64,000 nt of DNA from Candidatus Roizmanbacteria bacterium (GTDB taxonomy: Bacteria; Patescibacteriota; Microgenomatia; UBA1406), in contig JANLHL010000007.1 of the NCBI GenBank assembly GCA_024654535.1, positions 66,395 to 130,394 on the forward strand. The letters run 5' to 3'. Positions 8,591 through 20,170 of the stretch are shown here, in pieces (the first letter of the stretch is position 1; every line of letters begins with the position of its first letter). The translations under genes were made by a program, and so were the position numbers. The notes under the pieces were generated by a model, which was given only the letters and a program-made list of their open reading frames with translations, was not told where the DNA came from and did no database searches.

Positions 8591-8662
8591 TGTCATTGCG
8601 AAGAAGGAACGACCGAAGCAATCTTGCTTGAAGAGATTGCTTCACTTACGTTCGCAATGACA
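8591..8662. other. nested inverted repeat (candidate structured RNA or protein-binding element) inside a 440-bp noncoding gap
   Basis: Outer arms TGTCATTGCGAA 8591-8602 and TTCGCAATGACA 8651-8662 are perfect 12 bp. Inner arms GAAGCAATCT 8615-8624 and AGATTGCTTC 8634-8643 are perfect 10 bp with a 9-nt loop. Confidence 0.5.
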
Positions 8663-8909
8663 AATCCATTGCTATATCCTAAACGGTTACTCGACTTACG
8701 GTTATTACTGGTTCTATAACGCAGCTGAAATTATTCCCGCATAATTCCCGAACTATTACCTCATGAAGAGAAATGTTAACTGCGCACAGAATGCAATCTG
8801 TTTGTGATCGAACCGCATAGCACATGCCTGGATGAAAAATAGAGTAGCGATCACTGCACAAATCGCATTCCGTGCTTTATTCGTCCGATGAATATAATAT
8901 CGAAAAGAA

Positions 8910-9719
8910 CTAGACCGTGGGCTGTTTGATAGATCTATACTGCACAATACCGAAGATAGTGAAGATATTCCAGTAGAGAGCAACACCGACAGGAAAGTTA
9001 TATGAAAACCACCCGATCATGAGGGGAAGAAAATATAACATCTGTGTTTGCATAGCGCCCTGCATAGCTTGAGCGGTATTGTCTTTTTCAGGCTCTTTTC
9101 CTTTTTTAGTTATCTTGGCTTTCTCAACCTGTACCGGTTTCATCATTTTGGTAGAAAGGTACGCCTGATAAAACTGCAAAGCAGCGGTAATAAGAGGAAT
9201 GCTCAGATACCACCATCCAAGTGCTTGCCACTCATTAGGCGCTTTACTTAAGTTGAAGCCTAAAAACGAAGCATCTAATGTTTTGAGTGCAAGCGACGGG
9301 TTGTAGAGAAATGTGTTAATGTGCGTTATTGATTTTTGCACTGAACCAGAGGCAACGAGTGTTGAAAGAGCCATATATAAACCATATGTAATGGGGAGTT
9401 GTAATATGAGTACGATGCAGCCAAATCCTGGATTAATGCCGTGTTTTTTGAACAGCTCCATTTGAGCTTGCTGTAGCTTTTTCGGATCTTTTTTGTGTTT
9501 CTTCTGAAGCTTCGTAAGATGTGGTTGTACGACCTGCATCATCTGCGACTGCTCGATCTGCCGCCTCATAAGAGGATTTACCGCCAAGCGGATAGCGACA
9601 GTGATGCTAATTATTGACCAACCCAAAGCTCCTGGTAGGTTTACATACGCAAACCCTTTATAAAGGAGTACGAGAAGGTTGATAACCGGGTCTACAAATA
9701 GGATATTGAAAATCTGCAT
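8910..9719 (-). CDS. yidC: membrane protein insertase YidC (short, Gram-positive type)
   Basis: NPLMRRQIEQSQMMQVVQPHLTKLQKKHKKDPKKLQQAQMELFKKHGINP and a following TM pattern typical of YidC/Oxa1. Start moved from 9914 to ATG 9719, which lies 7 nt after TGtTATAAT. The 65-aa extension translates a tandem DNA repeat. Confidence 0.85.
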   Translation of the reverse strand: MQIFNILFVDPVINLLVLLYKGFAYVNLPGALGWSIISITVAIRLAVNPLMRRQIEQSQMMQVVQPHLTKLQKKHKKDPKKLQQAQMELFKKHGINPGFGCIVLILQLPITYGLYMALSTLVASGSVQKSITHINTFLYNPSLALKTLDASFLGFNLSKAPNEWQALGWWYLSIPLITAALQFYQAYLSTKMMKPVQVEKAKITKKGKEPEKDNTAQAMQGAMQTQMLYFLPLMIGWFSYNFPVGVALYWNIFTIFGIVQYRSIKQPTV

Positions 9720-9792
9720 ACGTGGAATTATAACAGACTGCGCGTAAAATAATAGAGGGAAAAACGCTGGGGCACACACAACGTGCGGACAA

Positions 9793-9852
9793 ATAGGACC
9801 TGAGAACTTAGGAAAAATAGGACCTATAGGACCAATAGGACGAATAAGAAAC
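9793..9852. repeat. 9-bp tandem repeat ATAGGACC(T/A)
   Basis: ATAGGACCT 9793-9801, then contiguous ATAGGACCT 9817-9825, ATAGGACCA 9826-9834, ATAGGACGA 9835-9843 and degenerate ATAAGAAAC 9844-9852. The array lies about 60-120 bp upstream of the yidC -10 box. Confidence 0.6.
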
Positions 9853-10109
9853 AAAATAGGGAAGAAAACATAACGGCCTATATTATTTGAAAGGCCAATT
9901 TTCGAGATGTGCATAGAAGTTGTACAAAGTAAGAGGATTCACATTCTTTGTAAGCTTATTTACTAATGTGTAGGGATATAATCAACGATTAATGGCTGCA
10001 ATAATTTAATTCCTATAGTAATGAGAGATTATAAGAAGATAGGATCTATTGGACAGATTGACAAATAGAAAACAAAGAGCAAATTTAGGAGTTTGCTACA
10101 ATTAGACGT

Positions 10110-11120
10110 ATGGAGCAGATTTATGTGTGGGATCGTACACAAACAGATAAAAAAAGCGCTGTTCGGGGTATAGGGAGATATATACAGACGCTCACCCTAG
10201 GGCTTGGTACCGATGCACACGTTCTTTCACAACTTCCGAGCTCTCAATTGGATGGGATTTTTTTTGACCCCCACATATCACTCTATACACGACCTCTGTA
10301 CGTTCGAAAACCTGGGAGAATAACTATTGGGACTATTCACGACACGATAGTGTTGAAGTATCCGAAACAGTTTCCCCTGGGTATACGTGGCGGGCTCTAT
10401 GCGCTTTTGCAGAAGTATATAAACTCTCGGCTCTATGACGCTGTTTTGACTGATTCTGAAGCAAGTAAAAGAGATATTTTAAACTATGTTGAACTATCAA
10501 AAGAGCGGGTGCATGTGCTCTATCCGCCAGTAGCATCTCATTTTTTTCAGCAAAAACGAGGAGTGAGGCCTGCGTTGGATCTCCCAGAGCGCTATTGCAT
10601 TTACGTAGGAGACGTTACATGGAATAAGAATCTGGTCGTACTGGCTCGCGCTATCATACAGGCGGGTATTCCATTAGTGTGCGTCGGGAAAGCACTGGAT
10701 GAGCCGGCAACCGAGAATAGTTGGCACAGAGAGTTCAAAGCGTTCTTGAAAATAACGCAAGGTGAACATTTGTTCACCTGCATCGGATTTGTCCCTGATG
10801 ACGAGCTAATATGGCTCTACCGCAATGCGCTGTGCAATATACTGGTTTCACGCGATGAGGGCTTTGGCTATTCATACGCAGAAAGTGCACTCTGTGGAAC
10901 GCCAAGTGTATTGTCTGATATTCCGGTACTTCGAGAGGTAGCGGGTGATTCAGCTCTTTTTGCACCCGCAAACGACGCAGCACAGATAGCGCAAGCAATC
11001 ACGAGCTATACCGATACAAATGTTCGCGAAAAGATGGCAAAACGAGCACAATCAAAGGCAATGACATTTAGTACAGACGCGTTTGTAAAAGGTTTTAGAA
11101 ATATAGTAAACCAATTATGA
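10110..11120 (+). CDS. glycosyltransferase family 4 (Glycos_transf_1 domain)
   Basis: C-terminal ...YRNALCNILVSRDEGFGYSYAESALCGTPSVLSDIPVLREV matches the EX7E-type GT4 signature. TGcTACAAT 10094-10102 lies 7 nt before the ATG. Confidence 0.8.
   Translation: MEQIYVWDRTQTDKKSAVRGIGRYIQTLTLGLGTDAHVLSQLPSSQLDGIFFDPHISLYTRPLYVRKPGRITIGTIHDTIVLKYPKQFPLGIRGGLYALLQKYINSRLYDAVLTDSEASKRDILNYVELSKERVHVLYPPVASHFFQQKRGVRPALDLPERYCIYVGDVTWNKNLVVLARAIIQAGIPLVCVGKALDEPATENSWHREFKAFLKITQGEHLFTCIGFVPDDELIWLYRNALCNILVSRDEGFGYSYAESALCGTPSVLSDIPVLREVAGDSALFAPANDAAQIAQAITSYTDTNVREKMAKRAQSKAMTFSTDAFVKGFRNIVNQL
10762..10777. promoter_or_regulatory. intragenic LexA-box-like site GTGAACATTTGTTCAC (GAAC-N4-GTTC)
   Basis: It is the exact reverse complement of the 16-mer in the lexA promoter (39261-39276). 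It lies inside the GT4 CDS (codons QGEHLFTC). It was the only other GAAC-N4-GTTC found in a manual scan of the window. Confidence 0.45.
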
Positions 11121-11311
11121 GCTTGGAACTGTTTATATTTATGAGTGCGGTATACGTAATGGTGGTGCACTTTGCTCTGGGTATAAAAAATCAGTTTAAT
11201 TTATTTTTAATGATTGGAGCGTTTATAGCCGGGGGCTTAGTAGGCTGGTACTCGGGTTCATATATGACGGGGTTTTTCGGGTCAATTGTATTGAGCTTGG
11301 TGCTGTGGTGA
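11117..11311 (+). CDS. 64-aa hydrophobic membrane peptide
   Basis: Two to three TM helices. ATGA overlap with the GT4 stop codon. Confidence 0.5.
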   Translation: MSLELFIFMSAVYVMVVHFALGIKNQFNLFLMIGAFIAGGLVGWYSGSYMTGFFGSIVLSLVLW

Positions 11312-11356
11312 GCTTGACAATGAGAAAATTTAAGTCAACTGTCTACTAACAAAGCT

Positions 11357-12607
11357 ATGTTAAACAAAAAGCCATTAGCAATAACTCTATGTTTTTGTAA
11401 ACAGATAACAAATAAACACGTCATCATACTATCCTCACTTAAGAATAAGAAAAATATACACGTCATCAATGAAGAATTGACACTATATCCTTTGAAAAAA
11501 GCTCTTGAAAATACTTTCGCGAGCTTTCATAATTTCGATCTAACACTAAATAACTTACTTTCGATTATTCCAACGACAACGTTTAACCTGCTTTCCTGTT
11601 TGGTCAAAGATTGGAAAGGAAGTCCATTTCATAAGGTAATTGGAAAAGATAATCTCAGGGTAATAGGAGAAATGCCAGGGGGAGCTACGCGACGATTATT
11701 TGATGACGATGGTGCAACTGCACGGACATGGTGGACTCTTAGAAAGACAGCTCAAATGATTCAATCAAACCCTGACTTCAAACCGCACCTAACACCTCCG
11801 AGACGTGAAGTACTCGCAAGAGTAGTTGCAGGGCCCTTAGACGTAGATCTAAAACACTGGGAAACAGATATTCATAAGATTGAAAAAACAATAAAGCATT
11901 GCACTCCTCAACAAACGCACCTTGAACAACAAATCATTAAACTAAAAGACGGAAGATCGGTAATAAAAGCCTCAGTTACTCTTGGATTATTCGCATACTA
12001 TCTGGACATCGCCGAACACGTCGGAGCAACAGAAACAGAGATTCTTAACGATTACAGAAGTGGACCACAACAGTCGTCAAAAGCCAATATAAGTGGGTAT
12101 CTTATCTCCTCAGATGATAATGATTTATATATTGGACTAAGTAACAAAGTAATGCAAAACTGCCCAGATGATATTCAATTCCCTGAATACCCAGGAGGGT
12201 ATTTGCAAGGATTGTGCGCTGCCGCAAAACTAGCACGAGTAAAAATGCTGTCGAGCACACGTGATACGCCACTAAACGCGCGCATGTGTGAGCGATTCAG
12301 ACTACGATTAAACGCACTAGTAGAAGATGCCGTAACTCAAGACAAAGAAGATACGCTTACTCTCCCAAACTTTCGTGTTACCGAATTTATTACCGATATG
12401 TTGATCGCTGCCACAGTTTCAAACAAGCTCACCACGCACATGATGGTAAAGTATGGAATTATGGACGCACTTTTCCCCGGTGGCATCGTTCATAGTTCAC
12501 AGGGAAGAAATTGTCTAGATAATCTAGCTCATTTTGATCCCAACGATGCGTTTAGCGTCATGCGATTTATACAAGATATTGACCCAACAAACAGGTTTCA
12601 ACAGTAA
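11357..12607 (+). CDS. hypothetical protein, 416 aa, no recognisable domain
   Basis: Long uninterrupted ORF, predicted soluble. TACTAA 11344-11349 lies 7 nt before the ATG. Confidence 0.7.
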   Translation: MLNKKPLAITLCFCKQITNKHVIILSSLKNKKNIHVINEELTLYPLKKALENTFASFHNFDLTLNNLLSIIPTTTFNLLSCLVKDWKGSPFHKVIGKDNLRVIGEMPGGATRRLFDDDGATARTWWTLRKTAQMIQSNPDFKPHLTPPRREVLARVVAGPLDVDLKHWETDIHKIEKTIKHCTPQQTHLEQQIIKLKDGRSVIKASVTLGLFAYYLDIAEHVGATETEILNDYRSGPQQSSKANISGYLISSDDNDLYIGLSNKVMQNCPDDIQFPEYPGGYLQGLCAAAKLARVKMLSSTRDTPLNARMCERFRLRLNALVEDAVTQDKEDTLTLPNFRVTEFITDMLIAATVSNKLTTHMMVKYGIMDALFPGGIVHSSQGRNCLDNLAHFDPNDAFSVMRFIQDIDPTNRFQQ

Positions 12608-12714
12608 TTTGAAATTTCTTCACCATACGAGAGCATTTTCAGTGCTGATAACTTAAGAACGGAATGATAGAAAAAAAATAGAGTAAGTGATGACGTCTTG
12701 AAATGGAAATGGCC

Positions 12715-13047
12715 TTACCTAATTCGCTTCGGATAAAACTGGACGACGCCTTTGTATGGAGCTGTCATTACACCCGATGCTCCTACAGGCAAACCGGCAT
12801 TATGTGCCGCCGCTTGTTTAAGCTGGTCGGCAGTAAGCCCTGAATAACCTCCGATACTGGTTCCAGCCCGATAATCTTGTTCATAAATTACTTGAGCAGA
12901 AGGTAATTCACCGACCGAAGGTGGAGGGGAACCGTTAGACCAAACCTCGTAGCCTCCCTTCCCTCCATGAAACGATATACATCCAGCATTGTCCAAATTC
13001 CCCCTTTCTGCTTGTTTTGCTGGTGGTTTTTGACCGTTTTCTACCAT
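12715..13047 (-). CDS. hypothetical Gly/Pro/Ala-rich protein, 110 aa
   Basis: ORF-track 12715..13092. I prefer ATG 13047, which lies 8 nt after TATACT (13056-13061). No signal peptide and no motif recognised. Confidence 0.5.
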   Translation of the reverse strand: MVENGQKPPAKQAERGNLDNAGCISFHGGKGGYEVWSNGSPPPSVGELPSAQVIYEQDYRAGTSIGGYSGLTADQLKQAAAHNAGLPVGASGVMTAPYKGVVQFYPKRIR

Positions 13048-13170
13048 AATCCCATAGTATATCACAAAAAAGTTGGCCGTCAATACCCTCAAGAAATTTG
13101 ACTAATCTACCATAGGTACCCAAGATTCTAAGCTAATAACAATCCTATCAGCTCAGGTGTTGGATATTTG

Positions 13171-13674
13171 CTAGCGGAGCAAAACAAAATGTCTATGATT
13201 ATGTACAACGGTTTTCTTTCTTTTCAGTTCTGCTATAAGAAACAGTAGTTCGCGATTTAAAATCATGGTGACGATTAATTTCAAGTAAATAAAATATATC
13301 TCAATCGGCAATTTAAACCACTGAGATAGAGATCTGAACGCATGTGTACTAACTATTTTCCACACTGCGGGATTTGCACTAGCTAAATATAGCTTACACT
13401 TCTCCTGATTGATAACATGAGCAACTAGTTTCGAGGCTATTTTTTGATTTTGGAATCGAGATAAAACTACGAGGGGTCCTATTTTACCCCACTGTAAACA
13501 ATGGTTCACCGCCAGCACTCCCGCTAATTCGTTGTCTACATACGCACCATATATAGTGTCAAAGGATTGCCACGTTTTATTTCCAAAGTAAGTCAAGTGT
13601 TTAAAATGCTTTATCTCGGAAACAAGTTCAGATATGTTTTTTTTAGATAACTTTGTTTTTCGTATTACCAGCAT
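13171..13674 (-). CDS. GNAT-family N-acetyltransferase (tentative)
   Basis: ELAGVLAVN...GPLVVLSRFQNQKIASKLVAHVI resembles the GNAT motif A region. ORF-track start 13698 is TTG. ATG 13674 lies 6 nt after TACCAT (13681-13686). Confidence 0.55.
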   Translation of the reverse strand: MLVIRKTKLSKKNISELVSEIKHFKHLTYFGNKTWQSFDTIYGAYVDNELAGVLAVNHCLQWGKIGPLVVLSRFQNQKIASKLVAHVINQEKCKLYLASANPAVWKIVSTHAFRSLSQWFKLPIEIYFIYLKLIVTMILNRELLFLIAELKRKKTVVHNHRHFVLLR

Positions 13675-13718
13675 AAGCACATGGTAACACACGGGCAAAT
13701 CAGACTTAGGGTGGATAT

Positions 13719-14867
13719 TTATCCTGCAATAATCACGCGGACACTTGCAGCAGATACGGGCTTGGAGAATGGTGCAGTAATGGAAATTCCCTCCATCCGT
13801 AGTGCAAGTAATTCGTCACCAACACGATATCGTGTACCGACTCCTTCGTTATACAGTGTTTGAATCTCACCAACGCCAACCTCGTGAGCTGATTCATCAT
13901 CTTCTTGTACTGCACAGAGAGTAGAAGGTGTGATATTTTGAAAACCAGCTTCATCTAATGCTGCGCTAACTATTGTTCTGAAAAAAAGAGTTTGTATTGT
14001 CCACTTAGCTTGTTCTAATAGAGTTTTCGCTCTGTGCAATTGGGCATATTTGGGATGCAGTTGAGAAAATGGACTATTATATGTTTGTATTTGAAATAAA
14101 ATATTATCAGTGAGATTGCCTATTGTTATCAACATTTGCTCATGACCGGGCAACGATTTGATCTGAGAAAAGTACTTTTCTGCTGTTGAAAAGTTCATTC
14201 CCGTACTCCGTATAACATCTACAATATCATCTTGAACTTCTACCCCGTGCTGATCTTCAAATAAACGCTGTCCAGCTCTCAGTGCTTCGCTGATGGTTGA
14301 GAACTGGTTATTTCCACAGACATTATCAACCAAAGCTCTTTGTGTATTTGTCCAGCTCGTATATCCAGGGGTAGCTACTGGCGTACCTTGCATCGATGGC
14401 GACGCATAAAATTCATGATGGGCAACTAAATCTTGTGCTATTACTAATCTATCGGTACGTTCTCGAATTGCTGAAAGCATGGTGAGCAACTGTGCGGGTG
14501 ATATACAATCTAAGAAATTCCATGCTACCATTACCGGAAAATGGAAATCTTTTTGTTGAAAAACAATAGCAACATCACCAGTATAAAAAGTCGACTGAGG
14601 TAAAAACTGTCGCGCACGCGCGGTATAATCTAGAGAAATGTCCACCCCAGTCATATGATCTTGTGGTAGGCCAGATAACTGCATTTCCTGACCAATCCCA
14701 GAACCAAGAAATAACACTGGAGAATCACCTATGTATCTACTGGCAATTGTCTTATGAATCCACGCCAGTGGTGTAGCACCTATCTTTCTTATATCCTTCA
14801 TTTCTTTTCCTACCGCTTTAGAGTATATCGGGTTTCCCCAAAGAGACTCGTGCTTATCGACTGTCAT
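13719..14867 (-). CDS. class I SAM-dependent methyltransferase domain fused to a ~230-aa unknown C-terminal region
   Basis: VLFLGSGIGQE...GVDIS is a motif I/II-like pattern. The C-terminal half is unassigned. TATAAT (14874-14879) lies 6 nt upstream of the ATG. Confidence 0.65.
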   Translation of the reverse strand: MTVDKHESLWGNPIYSKAVGKEMKDIRKIGATPLAWIHKTIASRYIGDSPVLFLGSGIGQEMQLSGLPQDHMTGVDISLDYTARARQFLPQSTFYTGDVAIVFQQKDFHFPVMVAWNFLDCISPAQLLTMLSAIRERTDRLVIAQDLVAHHEFYASPSMQGTPVATPGYTSWTNTQRALVDNVCGNNQFSTISEALRAGQRLFEDQHGVEVQDDIVDVIRSTGMNFSTAEKYFSQIKSLPGHEQMLITIGNLTDNILFQIQTYNSPFSQLHPKYAQLHRAKTLLEQAKWTIQTLFFRTIVSAALDEAGFQNITPSTLCAVQEDDESAHEVGVGEIQTLYNEGVGTRYRVGDELLALRMEGISITAPFSKPVSAASVRVIIAG

Positions 14868-14939
14868 GCATGTATTATACTATAAGATAGTTTGAATGCC
14901 TAAGTTAATTGAATTCGACAATTTGTACCAAAACACGCG

Positions 14940-14968
14940 TTGACATGTGCGTATCTTTTTCATATAAT
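14940..14968 (+). promoter_or_regulatory. perfect consensus sigma70 promoter TTGACA-17 nt-TATAAT for the tRNA-Ala/23S unit
   Basis: TTGACA 14940-14945, an exact 17-nt spacer, TATAAT 14963-14968, about 150 nt upstream of tRNA-Ala. Confidence 0.75.
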
Positions 14969-15121
14969 GCTATCTGCTTTCAATTCGGGAGGATGGAGAG
15001 TCTCTTCTAGACTTTCCAAATAACCCAAAAAAAGTAAAGTGTATAGAGGTTCGCACGTTTGCACTGTTTTTAGCTTGTTTTGTTCGTTATTTGTGGGGAT
15101 TTCGCGTGCGGATAGACAAAA

Positions 15122-15195
15122 GGGCCTGTAGCTCAGTTGGCTAGAGCGCCCGCCTTGCACGCGGGAGGTCAGGGGTTCGAATCCCCTCGGGTCCA
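15122..15195 (+). tRNA. tRNA-Ala (anticodon UGC)
   Basis: Cloverleaf built by hand: acceptor GGGCCTG/CGGGTCC with the G3:U70 Ala identity pair, anticodon loop CTTGCAC, T-loop GGTTCGAATCC. CCA is not encoded. Confidence 0.95.
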
Positions 15196-15384
15196 CATAC
15201 GGTTCGTTTACAGGTGCTGGCGAAATAGTTTTGCTACTACCCGCAAGCGTTCAGGTATGAAAGAGCGCGTTCTTTAACAGGAAAACAAGGTCTTTTTCAA
15301 TCACGCAAGTTAGGCTGCACGCGCAATAAACGTGCGCGGTGTAGTTTTATAAATGAATGTAGTAACTGTATTTCAGAATACAGA

Positions 15385-18315
<2,931 letters not shown>

Positions 18316-18359
18316 TGTATTGTGCAATACAGATTGCGTGACATGAAAAAGAAAAGTAC

Positions 18360-19580
18360 ATGAAATTTTACATTGAAACATTTGGCTGTCAGCAGAACCA
18401 CGCAGATTCACAAAGAATTGAAGCTGGTTTCTTAGCTCGAGGGCTAACCCCTGTACAACACTACAAGCGTGCAAACTATGTAGTAATCAATACCTGCATG
18501 GTACGCGAAAAAGCGGAAAATAAAGTCTATGGTTTAGTGCATAATCTTGGTTTGCTCAAGAAAGAAAAGCAAAAATCGGACATTTTTTTCAAAATTATCG
18601 TAACAGGTTGTATGGTGGGTTTAGCCTTTCGTGACAAGTCTGGTAAATACTTAGAACGATTAAAAAGTATTATGCCAGAGGTTGATGAATTCATGCCCAT
18701 TGAAGAAGTGGGTTTCGATACTATGCCTATACGATCTATCGAAGGCACAGCTCTTGTACCTATATCAAATGGATGTAATAACTTCTGTACATTTTGTGTT
18801 GTACCATTTACACGCGGCCGTGAAATAAGTAAGCCATTCCAAGACGTAATGACAGAGTGTACGACACTCAAAAATAAAGGGTGCGAAACAGTTCTTTTGC
18901 TTGGACAAAATGTAAATTCGTACGGCGCAGACCTTATACTTGGCACGAATAACGTGCAAAAAATAAGGGATCTAGATATCACATATTTCAATAAAAACGT
19001 GTTAAAAAACGAATTCAGCTTTATTGACGAACATAGAAAGACACAAAAGCTGAAACCTATCTTTGTAAAACATCTTGGGAGATATCGTCTACCAACACTT
19101 TTCCCACATTTGCTGGAAAAGGTTGCACAAGTGGGATTTACAAAAGTAGACTTTATGTCATCAAATCCATGGGATTTCTCCGACGAGTTAATTGACGTTA
19201 TTGCTCAAAATAAAAATATAACTCGCTCAATTCATTTGCCAGTTCAATCTGGAGATGATGCTGTGCTTAAAAAAATGAATAGGTGGTACTCGGTAAGTGA
19301 GTATTTATCATTAGTAGAGAAGCTGAAGAAACGAGTAAAAAATGTGCGCATAAGTACAGATGTCATCGTTGGTTTTTGTGGCGAAACAAATTCACAGTTT
19401 GAAAATACATACAATCTTTGTAAACAAGTTGGGTTTGACAAAGCCTATATTTCTATATATTCTCCCCGCCCATTTACCGCAGCGACAAAAGTTATGCCAG
19501 ACGACGTTACACACAAGGTAAAAAAAGAACGCTGGGAACGATTAGAAAGACTTATTAACTCGAAACATTATAAAGATTAA
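18360..19580 (+). CDS. miaB: MiaB/RimO-family radical SAM methylthiotransferase (no C-terminal TRAM domain evident)
   Basis: N-terminal UPF0004 pattern ETFGCQQNHADS and radical SAM CNNFCTFCVVP. At 406 aa it ends shortly after the radical SAM core. Confidence 0.8.
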   Translation: MKFYIETFGCQQNHADSQRIEAGFLARGLTPVQHYKRANYVVINTCMVREKAENKVYGLVHNLGLLKKEKQKSDIFFKIIVTGCMVGLAFRDKSGKYLERLKSIMPEVDEFMPIEEVGFDTMPIRSIEGTALVPISNGCNNFCTFCVVPFTRGREISKPFQDVMTECTTLKNKGCETVLLLGQNVNSYGADLILGTNNVQKIRDLDITYFNKNVLKNEFSFIDEHRKTQKLKPIFVKHLGRYRLPTLFPHLLEKVAQVGFTKVDFMSSNPWDFSDELIDVIAQNKNITRSIHLPVQSGDDAVLKKMNRWYSVSEYLSLVEKLKKRVKNVRISTDVIVGFCGETNSQFENTYNLCKQVGFDKAYISIYSPRPFTAATKVMPDDVTHKVKKERWERLERLINSKHYKD

Positions 19581-19588
19581 AGCTGTAC

Positions 19589-20170
19589 TTACTTCCTTTT
19601 CATAAAACTTGAAACAAGTATTCCTTGCTCTTGTGTGGTGAAATGACATTTCTTACTCTCCTTCCGCTTGCCACATAAGTCTGCTATCAATATACCCGCG
19701 GCAACTGATACATTCAAACTTTGAATCATGCCACACATGGGTATATATACATGTTTATCACACTTCTTTATCGTTTGAATAGATAACCCACTATGCTCAT
19801 TTCCCAAAAGCAATGCGGTTTTTTTTGGCCATATATATTCGCCTATTTTTTCTGCCTTTTCACTTAAAACACTCCCTACTACTGTAAACCCCCTTGTTTT
19901 CAACTTACCGATGCACTCTTCTATATTCGTAAATGCATGGAAATCGAGCCACTTGTTTGCAGACGAGGAACTTTTCTTTCCAATTTTTTTAGGATCAAAT
20001 ACCTTTTCATTTTCAAACACCAAATATACATCTTGTACACCAAACGATTCACATGTCCTGAAAATTGCAGCTGCATTATGTGGATCGAATAGGTCAATCA
20101 ATACAACGACTAAGTCTTTTCGCCGTAATGATGCAACATGTTTGATTTTCGCTATCCTCTTGTCTGTCAT
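19589..20170 (-). CDS. SpoU/TrmH-family RNA 2'-O-methyltransferase
   Basis: LLLGNEHSGLS and IPMCGMIQSLNVSVAAGILI match the SPOUT motifs. Preferred ATG 20170 forms an ATGA overlap with the upstream stop codon. Confidence 0.8.
   Translation of the reverse strand: MTDKRIAKIKHVASLRRKDLVVVLIDLFDPHNAAAIFRTCESFGVQDVYLVFENEKVFDPKKIGKKSSSSANKWLDFHAFTNIEECIGKLKTRGFTVVGSVLSEKAEKIGEYIWPKKTALLLGNEHSGLSIQTIKKCDKHVYIPMCGMIQSLNVSVAAGILIADLCGKRKESKKCHFTTQEQGILVSSFMKRK

Noticed and set aside
8469-8909. Assignment of the noncoding region to RNase P RNA, SRP RNA, tmRNA or a tRNA. GGTTCGATCAC on the minus strand resembles a T-loop.
   Set aside because: The hallmark conserved sequences are absent, and no complementary T-stem or acceptor stem can be drawn around either GGTTCGATC copy.
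9720-9914. 65-aa N-terminal extension of the yidC ORF containing PIGPIGPI.
   Set aside because: It is the translation of the 9-bp tandem DNA repeat. A canonical YidC N-terminus begins at ATG 9719, which has an extended -10 box 7 nt upstream.
8469-10109. Idea that the two long noncoding regions flanking yidC mark the replication origin.
   Set aside because: I found no cluster of DnaA boxes (TTATCCACA or close variants), no dnaA or dnaN nearby and no obvious AT-rich unwinding element. The evidence is insufficient.
14960-15196. 78-aa minus-strand ORF (MDPRGFEPLTSRVQGG...).
   Set aside because: It is the antisense translation of tRNA-Ala plus its leader, a classic tRNA-antisense artefact.
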